Notes: generated from the sequence alone by a model not told the origin. DNA of 64,000 nt from an uncultured Candidatus Micrarchaeota archaeon (GCA_963804385.1 CAWDQD010000009.1:8890-72889); one strand, 5' to 3'; positions 19,227-29,421 are shown, numbered from the stretch's first letter. Numbers and translations are program-made.

Positions 19227-22200
19227 TTGAAAAGGCGCGAGCTCTCGTGGAATAATTACGGTGATGCCAGGTCGATCCCTGGACTCAGCACCGCCTCAGC
19301 CGCGAGTATGGTTCTTAGGGCCCACCATCCGTTCGCGTTAGACAGGATTCCGGATTTCCGAAAAGAGAAGTACAACGCCCCGAGTGCTGATGGCATCAAC
19401 ACTCTGGTGCGCACGATACCCGGCAAGAACGGGTTCAGCCATCCTTCCCTAGAAGGCATGGCATTCGATCCCGACGACATCCGCAAGGCAACCGCCGCCT
19501 TGCGCGAAGCGGACGAATCCATATTCGTATCTAATCACCATGGCACTCCCAATGCTCCGGGAACTACGCTCGCCGCCCGGCTGATAGCCTCAGAGGATTT
19601 CAGGGCTGCAACAAGAAAAAAAGATCTGGACGGCCAATTGCGCATCTGCCTGGAGGAAATCATATTCGAGATATGGGTTTACAACCATACTACGCTCGGG
19701 GTGGATCCCGCTGATGCAGAACGCGACGTCAGGCTTGACATGTCAGATGCGAAATGCGCCATCGCGGAGCTCAAAGGGGGGCATGTAGAGACTCCGCTCG
19801 CCACGCAGCTCCATTCTATGTTCAGCTGGTCTGGCATGTCGCAGTTCCATCTCGCCATGCGGATACTGCTATCCTGGCGGTACCCGGATCGCGATCCAAA
19901 CGCGTCTCTGCACAAAGGCGCCCGCGCGGATCAATCCGGAGACACGGAGACCGAGCTTGAAGTATCCCAACTCCTAGATGTAAGCGATGGGACTCCAGCC
20001 AAAAGCGCGACCCACTCGGGTGCCCCGCCCATACCTCAAGAAGCCATTCCAGTTGAAATCACGCCAGAGATCGATTCGGATCAACTCATCTTCTTGGATC
20101 AACGTGAACCGGAGCCTGAGAAACCAGCAGACCCGCTCGCCCAAAGGTTCGGCGAATGCTTTACCAAACCCATAAATCGGGAGGGTATCGAGCAGCTGAG
20201 GCGACAACTGCGGGTCGATCTGGACGTGATAGCAGATCTCACAGATTCAGTATCCGATGCGAAGCGGCATAATATAGAAGCAGCGATGCCGATCGTGGAG
20301 CGGCTCATAGAAGAAGAGTGGCCTAGAATGAGGGGCATAGACTTCGATCTCCAAGATATCCCCGAATCCAAAACCGATGATGCCGGAACCAATCCAGTCA
20401 GGATGCGCCTCATGCAGAGTATGTCTGAAAGAGCACGATCGAGAATGGTAATGCATCTGGATTTTTTCGAGCATGATCCTAAAAACGAGAGATCGATAAA
20501 GTATCTTGCCGATCTGACACGCGCGATAATCGCATATGAGAAAACCTTGAGGAAACTGGCGTTCATGGACCCGACCAAGCCCATCAACCAGGTAGAGGAT
20601 GAAGCTCTGGCGCTAGGGCCCGGCATGATTAAAACAGGAAGAGTATTGGAATTCATTTCAGAAGGTGTGCTAGCCCCTCGTTTTGGTGAAGACCGTCCGG
20701 CCCCCAGGCGTGTTACTAAGGCAATGATGGACTCGCTCACACGCACTAATAGATATATGATAGCTCAGGTGGTGGGCGCCGAAGATGTCACTGATGGATC
20801 GCTATCCGTTTTCCTGAACATGGAGGCTGGCGTCAGGGAACTGCGGCTTCGGAATGTAGTGGCGTCAGCCTGGACCCAAGGAAATTGGAGGGAGGACGTC
20901 GCGCGATTCGATGCAGCCTGCATGGAGATATATGACAAATGCGGTCTTCCCCATTCAAAAATCCAAGAGCTCCGCATAGCGTTGTCAGATCCGTCCAACC
21001 TCTCAGAAGACCAACGTGAAATCATAGCATCTTTCTTCGGTATATCGCCTAGCCATCTCAAGCAGGAATATGCCCTTTCCTTCTACATCTGGTTGCGCGG
21101 AGAGCCCGAATCTCTAACAGACCACTGGAAGCGCGCATTCATGGCTCCGGAGCGACTGGAGGCCCTCAAGACCGCTATCATCAAAAAGAAACGGCTCAAA
21201 GCTGATGATCGGGTTATCCTCGCAAGGATACTGGGGAAAGAACCTAAATCCCTTTCGGGGGAGGATCTCGCGAATTCGGGTCTTGTGCAAGAACGCATAG
21301 ACGAGCTCTCGGCGTTCCGCTCGAAATGGTTCTCTGAAGATCGGAATGAGCGCTTATCGCAGTGGCGCAACGGGTTCAACGACCTTTTCACCGCGGCCAG
21401 CATGGCGCACAAGCTCAGGTTCGTTCCTGACGCATCTTATACTCCAGAGGAATCCGGTTTGCTCGCGGCCTTGGGCGGGAAGAGTTCTCCATCGGAGCTC
21501 ACTCCTGAAGATCTGGATAGGATCAGAAGGGATCTGGCCAAGCATGTAAGCATGAATGGAACGTATTATCAGCCGGCCATGCTCGGGTTCACTAGCATCG
21601 AGGATCAATTAGGCGCGGATTCGCTCCTTCTGGCAGCGCGCAGGCAAGCGATGTTCAACATCATGCTCGACGCCTTTTCGGTGGAGCGCGCGGATGTCAG
21701 GTCCGAGTTCGATGATCATTCCTTCGTCAGCGTGGCTGCGAAAGGAGTTTCCGAAGCCAATGAGGACTCATGCTCATCAGTACGCCTCACCCTGGCCGAT
21801 GGCCGTACCATCACCCTGGACGCGGTTTTCGATGGCGCCGGCGGCAAAATCCGTGGGGCGGAAGAAGGCGGCAGGACGAATGCCCAGCGCGCGAGCGCCA
21901 TAGCCAAGAACGTATTCGAGATCTCTGCAGCCGCAGGATGGATATCCACTCCGGAGGATGTGCGCCGCACGCTCGTCATGGCCGATCTTGCCATAGTATC
22001 AGAGCAGTTGCGGTCGAAGCAGCGCTCCGATGTGAACCGCGAGAACGACATGGCGACCACAGCATCGGTCACATTCATCAGCGGCAAAGAATTCTATGGC
22101 ATACACGCGGGGGACAGCGTCTGGAAAATCATGCGCAACGGGGAAGTCATGATGCAAAGCAGGCCCCATGACGCCATTTACCAGCTCCTATGCTCTGCCC

Positions 22201-22643
22201 ATTCCATGGTGGCAGATGAATGGAAAGCCGCGAACAGGAAAACCGAGGGTCTGGGTCCGGATGAGGCATCGGCGTTCGATCATGCTGTGGGGACCAAATT
22301 GGCAGAGCTGCGGGGATACGGCGGCGCGCTCGTGATGAGCGCAGTGGTCTCCACACTCGGCGACCCGACCCATATACACATCAATAACGAGGATCGGGAT
22401 CCCGGGCCAATCCTGCTGCAAGATGGCGACCTGGTTCTCAACGGCTCCGACGGGCTCCACAAGCGCGTTTGCGATCACGAGATCATAACGATTGTCAAGG
22501 AGGCGCAGGGGGACCTGGCTCTCGCCTCCGGGCATCTCGCGGCCCTGGCAGACGGGCGCATGCCCAGACGCTGCAGCTGCGAGGTCTCAGGAGTCGAGGA
22601 TGACAGGACGTTCGTGCTCAGGAAGGTGGAAGACACACATTAA
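19227..22643 (+). CDS. Large (1138 aa) protein with C-terminal PP2C/PPM-type Ser/Thr phosphatase domain; ~800-aa N-terminal region of unknown function
   Basis: C-terminal motifs are AKGVSEANEDS, TLDAVFDGAGG (DGxGG), IHAGDSVW (GDSR-like), LNGSDGLHKRV (DG) and EDDRTFVLRKV. The start is uncertain: TTG at 19227, or ATG at 19308. Confidence 0.6.
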   Translation: MKRRELSWNNYGDARSIPGLSTASAASMVLRAHHPFALDRIPDFRKEKYNAPSADGINTLVRTIPGKNGFSHPSLEGMAFDPDDIRKATAALREADESIFVSNHHGTPNAPGTTLAARLIASEDFRAATRKKDLDGQLRICLEEIIFEIWVYNHTTLGVDPADAERDVRLDMSDAKCAIAELKGGHVETPLATQLHSMFSWSGMSQFHLAMRILLSWRYPDRDPNASLHKGARADQSGDTETELEVSQLLDVSDGTPAKSATHSGAPPIPQEAIPVEITPEIDSDQLIFLDQREPEPEKPADPLAQRFGECFTKPINREGIEQLRRQLRVDLDVIADLTDSVSDAKRHNIEAAMPIVERLIEEEWPRMRGIDFDLQDIPESKTDDAGTNPVRMRLMQSMSERARSRMVMHLDFFEHDPKNERSIKYLADLTRAIIAYEKTLRKLAFMDPTKPINQVEDEALALGPGMIKTGRVLEFISEGVLAPRFGEDRPAPRRVTKAMMDSLTRTNRYMIAQVVGAEDVTDGSLSVFLNMEAGVRELRLRNVVASAWTQGNWREDVARFDAACMEIYDKCGLPHSKIQELRIALSDPSNLSEDQREIIASFFGISPSHLKQEYALSFYIWLRGEPESLTDHWKRAFMAPERLEALKTAIIKKKRLKADDRVILARILGKEPKSLSGEDLANSGLVQERIDELSAFRSKWFSEDRNERLSQWRNGFNDLFTAASMAHKLRFVPDASYTPEESGLLAALGGKSSPSELTPEDLDRIRRDLAKHVSMNGTYYQPAMLGFTSIEDQLGADSLLLAARRQAMFNIMLDAFSVERADVRSEFDDHSFVSVAAKGVSEANEDSCSSVRLTLADGRTITLDAVFDGAGGKIRGAEEGGRTNAQRASAIAKNVFEISAAAGWISTPEDVRRTLVMADLAIVSEQLRSKQRSDVNRENDMATTASVTFISGKEFYGIHAGDSVWKIMRNGEVMMQSRPHDAIYQLLCSAHSMVADEWKAANRKTEGLGPDEASAFDHAVGTKLAELRGYGGALVMSAVVSTLGDPTHIHINNEDRDPGPILLQDGDLVLNGSDGLHKRVCDHEIITIVKEAQGDLALASGHLAALADGRMPRRCSCEVSGVEDDRTFVLRKVEDTH

Positions 22644-22725
22644 TTGACCAAAGCAAACATTTATATATTGTATCCCACTAAATTATATCATAAGACACAT
22701 TAATCCAAACCTTGAGGTGAAATGA

Positions 22726-23718
22726 GTGGCTGAAAAACAAACTGGTCCAGTGGCGGAAAAAAAGCCGAGCATAAAACAGATTGCGGCTCAACTACGAGAG
22801 GATTTCGGAAAATTAGGCGGTCCTCTCGCAGATGCTTTGCTCATTGTGGCAGCGCAAGTCGAGGCCAATAAGGCCGATCTAAAGAGCCAAGTCGAGACCG
22901 ATACAAGCGAGATGCGCGGATACGCAAACGGAGCACGGACTTCGGCAGGTAATGCAGCTGCATCTGCTGAACAAACTAAGGTTTCACTCGCAACAATGCA
23001 ATCGGAGTATGCTGCGTTCATCGCTCAATTGGAAACCGCAGGAGATGCAATCGGGTCAAGTGCTGCCAAAGCCGAGGCAGCGGCTATAGATGCGAAATCT
23101 TCATTGGAAACAATACAAAAGCAAACGACTCCTCTTACGGATGCCATTGAGACCTTGACTCATGGCGAAGCTAAAGGTGTTGGAGCTCTCCTGCAGATTC
23201 TTCAAGCTGTCGGTAAGACTCCAGATATAGTCGATGCCGCAGTAAAGAAAGTTATCTACATAGATGCAGAGATCACAGAAACTGGTGACGGCAAACAAAC
23301 CGCCGGGCAGGAAGGAGATAAGGCTATGGCCGGTGCAGAGAGCACAGGAAAAGCTCCAGCCAAAAAAATCGTTAGGTTGGAAGGAGATAAGGCGATGGCC
23401 TATATCCGGTACGGCTTGTCTTTTGTATCTCTGACAGCTGGCAATGCGGTCAAATCAGCGAATAAAGCTGTCGAATTAGCGAATGACGCTAAATCTGGTC
23501 TAGATGCGCTCGGTGCCGCTGTCGCAGAAGGATTCAAAGCGGTCGATGCCAAACTCGCTCTTATAATGTATGATCTGGCTCAAGCCGGAATAAACTTCCA
23601 GGAAGAGTACGTGGCTGGAATCGAGCAACCGAGTTATGAGGCTCCAAAAACAAAATCAGCAGCTCCACAGGAGCCTGCTGGTGAACCAACATCTAATAAA
23701 GGTGATTCTGATGGCTAA
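22726..23718 (+). CDS. Alanine-rich, predicted coiled-coil hypothetical protein
   Basis: 330 aa. GTG start with GAGGTGA SD and an upstream TATA (ACATTTATATATTG). 26% Ala, internal repeat EGDKAMAxxxxxG. No TM segment. Confidence 0.5.
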   Translation: MAEKQTGPVAEKKPSIKQIAAQLREDFGKLGGPLADALLIVAAQVEANKADLKSQVETDTSEMRGYANGARTSAGNAAASAEQTKVSLATMQSEYAAFIAQLETAGDAIGSSAAKAEAAAIDAKSSLETIQKQTTPLTDAIETLTHGEAKGVGALLQILQAVGKTPDIVDAAVKKVIYIDAEITETGDGKQTAGQEGDKAMAGAESTGKAPAKKIVRLEGDKAMAYIRYGLSFVSLTAGNAVKSANKAVELANDAKSGLDALGAAVAEGFKAVDAKLALIMYDLAQAGINFQEEYVAGIEQPSYEAPKTKSAAPQEPAGEPTSNKGDSDG

Positions 23719-24760
23719 AGGAATTGATTTGACTGCGCTTGTCGCAGCGGCGAAGGCAAGAACTGGAAAACCAGGAACGGATCTGAAAGGCAAAGCCCCG
23801 CTCACAGATGCAACTGTGCAGACTAGGGCTCCAGCTTTTGCAGCTGACGGGTCTGAAGATGCAACCCGCACTGTTGACCTCACGGCGACAGCTAAAGCAA
23901 GCGCCGACGCGACCATTGAAACCCCAGTAGCTCAAATCCAGGCACCTTTTATGGAATCAGCTTCTGCACAGACAGATGCTCCTCCAAAGGTAGCACATCC
24001 GGCCCCTCCAACGCAAACACAGGAGATGCGTGCATTCCCTTCTTCAGAAGAAGTTCAAGCTGAAACGTCATCAACGTCCTCAGACGGGGCCAGCGTACAT
24101 CAGACAAGTGCTCCTGCTGAGGAATCTGCATCGGAGAGCGCAGGTCCAACGGAAAAACCGCGGACACTTGACGAAGCAATCAGAAAAATTGATGATCTCC
24201 ACGCTCTAATCGGCAACTTATTTGAATTAGTTGTGGGAGCAATGCCGCTAGATGCCGTGAAGAAAATCATTCCGGCCATAAGAGCAAGCGGCGGACTGGT
24301 CAGCATCGTCGATGATGCGACAACCCTTCTCGTTGGCGCAGATGCCGAAAACGTGCTGGCACCATATGCGCAAGGGGTGCGCGATGGCGCGGCGAGCATT
24401 TTGGACGAAATGAATTTCCAAAGCCCGGACCATGTAGAGATCCTCAGGACGGCTGTCATAAGTTTGCTTCTCGATCCTGATCTCGATAGCGACGATGTGA
24501 AAATGTTGGCAGAAACCCGCGGTGCTGACCACGTCAAACAGGTCATAGCAGGCCTGGCAGACGACCCGAGCATCATAAGATCGATTTTGATCAAAGATGC
24601 GGCAGCAAAAAGCGGAATCGAGCCATCGCAGGTAACTGATCCAAAAGATGACGACGTGGCCAAGCAAGCCGCCCAATGGGTGGAAACCGAAACCGTAAGG
24701 TTCACTGAGGCAGCAAAAACGTGTATCGATTCTTGGGCTCAGATAATTGGAGGGGATTGA
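23711..24760 (+). CDS. Hypothetical protein, Ala/Thr/Pro-rich disordered N-terminal half plus globular C-terminal half
   Basis: The start ATG overlaps the upstream stop (ATGGCTAA). 349 aa. No recognised motif. Confidence 0.5.
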   Translation: MAKGIDLTALVAAAKARTGKPGTDLKGKAPLTDATVQTRAPAFAADGSEDATRTVDLTATAKASADATIETPVAQIQAPFMESASAQTDAPPKVAHPAPPTQTQEMRAFPSSEEVQAETSSTSSDGASVHQTSAPAEESASESAGPTEKPRTLDEAIRKIDDLHALIGNLFELVVGAMPLDAVKKIIPAIRASGGLVSIVDDATTLLVGADAENVLAPYAQGVRDGAASILDEMNFQSPDHVEILRTAVISLLLDPDLDSDDVKMLAETRGADHVKQVIAGLADDPSIIRSILIKDAAAKSGIEPSQVTDPKDDDVAKQAAQWVETETVRFTEAAKTCIDSWAQIIGGD

Positions 24761-24762
24761 AT

Positions 24763-25989
24763 ATGGTTAAACTAAGTGATTTGAAGAAGGGTTCGAAGCC
24801 TGATACGAAAGATGCTAAGCCAGGTGTCGCTCCATCAGTGGCATTTGCTGATAGGACTGTTCCGGAAAGTCCGAGAGCTGCTCCAGTAGCACCTGCCAGC
24901 GAGCAAGAGATAAGCGTGAGCGATTTATCACTCCAGGCAGATGTTCCAGACATGCCAGCATCGCCACCAGAGGACCGGACTGTCAGGGAGACCCCGGCTC
25001 CAGTGGCCGTGGCGCCAACTGACGATGTCAGGGGTAGACTGGCGGCAAGATTAGCAAGGCCAGCTCCTGTGCAATCAGGCACTGGATTCGCAGAAACCGT
25101 GGCAGCAAGGTCCACACCTTCAGAACTCCCAGCAGTTAATGAACCCGTAGAAGAGCCCCCTGAACTCCCGGTAGCCGCATTACCCCGATCCGGTGGCAAT
25201 GCTAAATTGCCTAAGGAAAAGAAATGGGTAAAGCCGGTCATTTATCTCGCCGCGGCTGCCGCGATAGCGATAATCGCCATGTATCATGGCTGTGGCAAAA
25301 AAGTCGTCCCTCCGGCTACAAAGCCATGCGCGGATCCGACTCCAAAGACCTGCGATCTGCGCAGCAGCCCGTTCGCCATGTTCTTCGATGAGAAAACATG
25401 CGGTTACTGTGGCGAGACCGACCCAGATGGTCGTTTTGTCAGGAAGGACTGGATGACCCCGGCGAACTGCCCAGTGGTGTTCTCATGCGGAAACGGCAAA
25501 GTCGACAAGAACGAACCCTACCCGGTTTATGTGAAGGGTAAGGACGGCACATTCGAATTGAGTGTCACCAGCGTGAGCGAATCGTGCAATCCCAAAGCCC
25601 CGAACTATTGCGAGGTTGATTGCCCGAAACCAAAACCAAAGACACACGCGGCTCCGAAGCCCGTTGCAGACAAACCGGTGCATGCAGACTTGCCGGATTG
25701 CGCAACAACCGACAAGACCAGGATGAGGGATGCCATGACCCAGATAAGGGGCAGCATGTTGGATGTAAGGGGGGGTGTTGACACTAAACACGCCGATGTG
25801 GTTGGAATCAAATTAGATGTCAGCTACAAGGCCTTGATAGAGTCAACTGGCGACGTGTCATTGGTATCTGCGTCCACGCAGCAGGGTTATGATATCAAAG
25901 GTCTGGTTAAGATGGGTTCAGTCAAGGTGACCAGCGGCGCTGCGGATTGCGAATTCAAGTATACCACGTCGATTCCGGCCTCTAACTAA
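24763..25989 (+). CDS. Type-II membrane protein: Pro-rich cytoplasmic N-term, single TM, Cys-rich ectodomain and conserved ~95-aa C-terminal domain (paralog of 27482..28648)
   Basis: GGAGGGG SD 6 nt upstream. TM WVKPVIYLAAAAAIAIIAMYH. The ectodomain has CGNGKVDKNE plus many Cys. C-terminus DCATTDKTRMRDAMTQIRGSM...VSYKALIESTGDVSLVSAS...ADCEFKYT is about 50% identical to the C-terminus of the 27482 gene. Confidence 0.5.
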   Translation: MVKLSDLKKGSKPDTKDAKPGVAPSVAFADRTVPESPRAAPVAPASEQEISVSDLSLQADVPDMPASPPEDRTVRETPAPVAVAPTDDVRGRLAARLARPAPVQSGTGFAETVAARSTPSELPAVNEPVEEPPELPVAALPRSGGNAKLPKEKKWVKPVIYLAAAAAIAIIAMYHGCGKKVVPPATKPCADPTPKTCDLRSSPFAMFFDEKTCGYCGETDPDGRFVRKDWMTPANCPVVFSCGNGKVDKNEPYPVYVKGKDGTFELSVTSVSESCNPKAPNYCEVDCPKPKPKTHAAPKPVADKPVHADLPDCATTDKTRMRDAMTQIRGSMLDVRGGVDTKHADVVGIKLDVSYKALIESTGDVSLVSASTQQGYDIKGLVKMGSVKVTSGAADCEFKYTTSIPASN

Positions 25990-26100
25990 TCTTTTCTTCT
26001 TTTTTCAATTCTTATCCTCTTCTCTCCGTCGCATCAGAGAGATATGTTTATAAACTGTTTTACACAAATTTTAATTAACTAAAACATATTAGGTGGGGTA

Positions 26101-27480
26101 ATGGGGTTCTTAAATCAAGCACGGAGCGGTCAGATTGCGCCCAGCTCCAAGCAACCCATGAAACCGATGAACCACCCACTCGCCGAAGCGCTGCAATCGC
26201 CCAACGATGGGCCCGACACGGAAGTGCCTACGATCAAGAGGCCAGCCCGTCATGCGCCACATCCGCAAGCAAAGGAGCAATCCAAAGACGAGCTCGGGAT
26301 ATATGCTTTCAGGACGACTTTGAAGAAGAGCGGCCTAAGCAGCCAGCAGATATACGAAGAGGCAGACAGGTTCTTCAGAACGGATCCGCGCGTGGATGCC
26401 TTCATACGAAAACACGGCGATAATCTGTCAAACATGATAGACGAAGCGATATCAGCCGTGCGCAGAGGCGAAGCACCTACCGGGGACATGCTGCTCGCGC
26501 TTCATATGAAAGACCTCATCGAATTCATACGTGAATGCGAAGACAATGCCCGAGCTTTCGGAGACATCCACGCTGCGATTGAGCAGCCTACCACCGGGAA
26601 AGTCGATTCGTTGCCCCTTCAAGCGATAGAAGCTCCCATATCGCCCGAGAAAGATACTAAGAAAAAAGAATTGACCGCCGGGGAGGCGGTCTTGCGTTTC
26701 ATCACGAACCCGGCCATCCGTAATATCGCAGAGGCCGCGTTGTTCGGCATAGCACTCCATGTGGTGGGGGGCTTCCAGGAGGTCTCATACGGGATCGACA
26801 AGGCGCTCCACTCGCTCGATCTTCCAGCAATGGACCTCCATACCGGTTTTCTGGAAAACGTGTATGCTCTGGTTACATTGTCCATCTCTTTTGCCACGGA
26901 GCTGATCCGGGGTAGGGGCGCGCGTGATACGAATGCGAAATACAAGCGGGTAGTCGACGAGCTACCGGGTACGGTCAAGAAGGCGTACCGCGAGGTGCTC
27001 TCCACCCTTTCCTCTATAGCCCGGGGTCATGCACAAGGGAATAAACAGCTCGAAGCGCTCAGGGCAGCCTTAGAGCGAGAATCGTTCTTCTATCAGATAG
27101 ACGTGCTCCATCATCATTCTTACGGAGTGCCTCTCTATGCGGCTATAGATTGCTCCGGACTGAATCCGAAGGTGCCGGTGCCAGAGGCGATCTCGCTCGC
27201 AGAAGCCAAGATCATGAGGCCGAAGATCGAGCAGCTGGCTATGCATATCGATAATGACCCGCTGCGACGGGAGGCATTCAAATCCTTGTACAATACCGAC
27301 GCGGTTTTCAGGAGGAAAGCAGACGAGTTCCTGGCTGTAGACGACGAGAAGCGTTTCTTGAATTTCAAGCATTTCGCGGAAATATGCAGGCCGATCAAGA
27401 AGGTCGCGGACCCGGAGCGGTTCATCAAAGCACTCAGGGGCGACCTCATCTCCATGAACGGCCTGCCTGCGGTTGATTGA
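26101..27480 (+). CDS. Hypothetical protein (459 aa)
   Basis: AGGTGGGG SD and an upstream TATA (ATGTTTATAAACTG). No recognised domain. It is the first gene of a two-gene operon; the downstream gene starts 1 nt after its stop. Confidence 0.5.
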   Translation: MGFLNQARSGQIAPSSKQPMKPMNHPLAEALQSPNDGPDTEVPTIKRPARHAPHPQAKEQSKDELGIYAFRTTLKKSGLSSQQIYEEADRFFRTDPRVDAFIRKHGDNLSNMIDEAISAVRRGEAPTGDMLLALHMKDLIEFIRECEDNARAFGDIHAAIEQPTTGKVDSLPLQAIEAPISPEKDTKKKELTAGEAVLRFITNPAIRNIAEAALFGIALHVVGGFQEVSYGIDKALHSLDLPAMDLHTGFLENVYALVTLSISFATELIRGRGARDTNAKYKRVVDELPGTVKKAYREVLSTLSSIARGHAQGNKQLEALRAALERESFFYQIDVLHHHSYGVPLYAAIDCSGLNPKVPVPEAISLAEAKIMRPKIEQLAMHIDNDPLRREAFKSLYNTDAVFRRKADEFLAVDDEKRFLNFKHFAEICRPIKKVADPERFIKALRGDLISMNGLPAVD

Positions 27481-27481
27481 C

Positions 27482-28648
27482 ATGAAAACATACTCGAGGA
27501 TACTTGGGCAGAAGAGCATCGCTGGAAGCGTATTGACGTCCTTGCCAGCAGTTGCTTGCACTGCCGCAGTGCTTTTCTGGAGATGCAGCCCTACCGTTGA
27601 GAAGCGGATGGATGCCGACCAACCCAGGAACGGCGATCATGTCTGCGAGCAGAGCGAAGCGTATCCCAAGAAAATGGGTCCTGACCGCCTGTTCACCAGC
27701 GAGAGGAATCCGAATTACTCCAAGTCCGATTGCCATGATGGCGATGGGGTCTATGATAATGCCCTAGAAGGCCCGGATTCCATAGATTCGCGGCTGAAAG
27801 CGGCACGCGAGCAACCATGCATACCCGGAACCCCTGCCCCGGGCACGACGATAAGCCGTCCCATGATATCAGCGAGGCCAGGGGAGATGGTAATCCGTTC
27901 TGAAGAGGAATGGACGCAGATGGTACGCGATCCATCCGTCCTGCCTCAGAGCATATACTATCCCGCATCAGGAAACGACGGCTTCAAGCGCCCCTGGCTC
28001 TATCAAGAGACCTGCGATACCAGTCCGGATGTCCCAGATTGCGCACCTAACGTGAACGGTAAATGCTATTGCGCGAACCATGCGAGCTGCCCGCCCCGTG
28101 CGTCGACCTGCAAAGACGGGAAATTGGAACGCGGAGAGCAATGCGATCCCACTTACAAGAAAGCGCCCCGCGGCGGTTGCGACGAGGGTTCCAGATGCAC
28201 CAACCAGTGCAAATGCATTCCTGCTAGCGAATGCGGAAACGATAAGGTGGAAGATGGGGAGGACTGCGACCCTCCTGGTTCTTCCTGCACGACCAGCGGG
28301 GGGCAAGATGGCAAGTGCAGTTCGCATTGCACGTGCAGGGGGAAACAGAATCCCGCCATGCCGGACTGCAAACAAGTCGATAAATCCAGGGCGAGGGATG
28401 CAATGACCCAGATAAGGAACAGCATGCGGGACGCACTTGACCGGATTTACCAGCAATACCCTGGCATGTCGAAGCCCCTGAAGGTCAGCTATCTGGCACT
28501 GGTCGAATCGACCGGAGATGTGTCGCTGAAGTCTGCGTCTGCGCAGGGCAAAAGCGTGAAAGGCCTGGTGGGCATGAGTTCGGTCAAGGTGAACAACAAT
28601 GCCACCGCAGACTGCGAATTCACGAACACCGAATCCCTCGCGAAGTGA
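27482..28648 (+). CDS. Secreted/membrane-anchored cysteine-rich repeat protein with conserved C-terminal domain (paralog of 24763..25989)
   Basis: N-terminal hydrophobic signal anchor (SIAGSVLTSLPAVACTAAVLFW). Two Cys repeats (GEQCDPTYKKAPRGGCDEGSRCTNQCKC and CGNDKVEDGEDCDPPGSSCTTSGGQDGKCSSHCTC) resemble the CGNGxxExGExCDDG...C repeat of DUF4215/myxo-type, as I recall it. The C-terminus DCKQVDKSRARDAMTQIRNSM...VSYLALVESTGDVSLKSAS...ADCEFTNT matches the 24763 gene. Confidence 0.5.
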   Translation: MKTYSRILGQKSIAGSVLTSLPAVACTAAVLFWRCSPTVEKRMDADQPRNGDHVCEQSEAYPKKMGPDRLFTSERNPNYSKSDCHDGDGVYDNALEGPDSIDSRLKAAREQPCIPGTPAPGTTISRPMISARPGEMVIRSEEEWTQMVRDPSVLPQSIYYPASGNDGFKRPWLYQETCDTSPDVPDCAPNVNGKCYCANHASCPPRASTCKDGKLERGEQCDPTYKKAPRGGCDEGSRCTNQCKCIPASECGNDKVEDGEDCDPPGSSCTTSGGQDGKCSSHCTCRGKQNPAMPDCKQVDKSRARDAMTQIRNSMRDALDRIYQQYPGMSKPLKVSYLALVESTGDVSLKSASAQGKSVKGLVGMSSVKVNNNATADCEFTNTESLAK

Positions 28649-28690
28649 GGAATGCGCACAGTTTAATTCCCCCTTTCTCATATCATCCAT

Positions 28691-29386
28691 ATGGCAAAAG
28701 GCAGGGTATCTGAACCGAGAAACATCCTCCTGGACATAGACGACACTCTTTTTCCGTCCACGGAGTTCTCCTCCCTTGCGCGACGGAACGCATTGAACGC
28801 CATGATAAGCATGGGATTGGACTCGGATTTCGAGACCATGCACTCAAAGCTCGAAGCCATCATCTCGAGGCATGGCTCGAATTACCAGAACCATTTCGAC
28901 GATCTGTGCAAGGAACTGGGGGTCAGACGTCCTGGCCGTTATATCGCCGCGGCGGTCGCCGCCTACCATGATACGAAAACCGCCATCCAGCCGTTCCCTA
29001 AGGCCCCGCTAACCCTGATGAGGCTCAAACAGGACGGCCACAAGCTCTATGTCGCGACGAACGGGAATTCCATAAAGCAGTGGGACAAGCTCATCAGGCT
29101 CAGGCTAGCGCTCTTTTTCGATGATGTATTCGTGTCCGAAGAGCTCGGCGTGCAGAAGGGGAAGGTATTCTACGGCAAAATCCTCAAGGCCCTGGGCTCA
29201 AAACCGCACGAATGCGTCATGGTCGGGGACCGGGAAGACCTCGACATCGTCCCTGCTAAAGAGGTAGGCATGAAGACCGTCCGTTTCATCTCAGGAAGGT
29301 ACGCTAAAGGAGCGACCATCGCGGATCGCACCATCAAAGACATCGGCGACCTGGCGATGGCGATAAGGAGATTGCCAGGTCCATAA
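28691..29386 (+). CDS. HAD-superfamily hydrolase
   Basis: 231 aa. Motif I LLDIDDTLF (DxDxT), motif III K, motif IV GDREDLDI. Confidence 0.7.
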   Translation: MAKGRVSEPRNILLDIDDTLFPSTEFSSLARRNALNAMISMGLDSDFETMHSKLEAIISRHGSNYQNHFDDLCKELGVRRPGRYIAAAVAAYHDTKTAIQPFPKAPLTLMRLKQDGHKLYVATNGNSIKQWDKLIRLRLALFFDDVFVSEELGVQKGKVFYGKILKALGSKPHECVMVGDREDLDIVPAKEVGMKTVRFISGRYAKGATIADRTIKDIGDLAMAIRRLPGP

Positions 29387-29421
29387 AACCCTTATAAAAC
29401 CATCAACGCAATACCTTTTCC

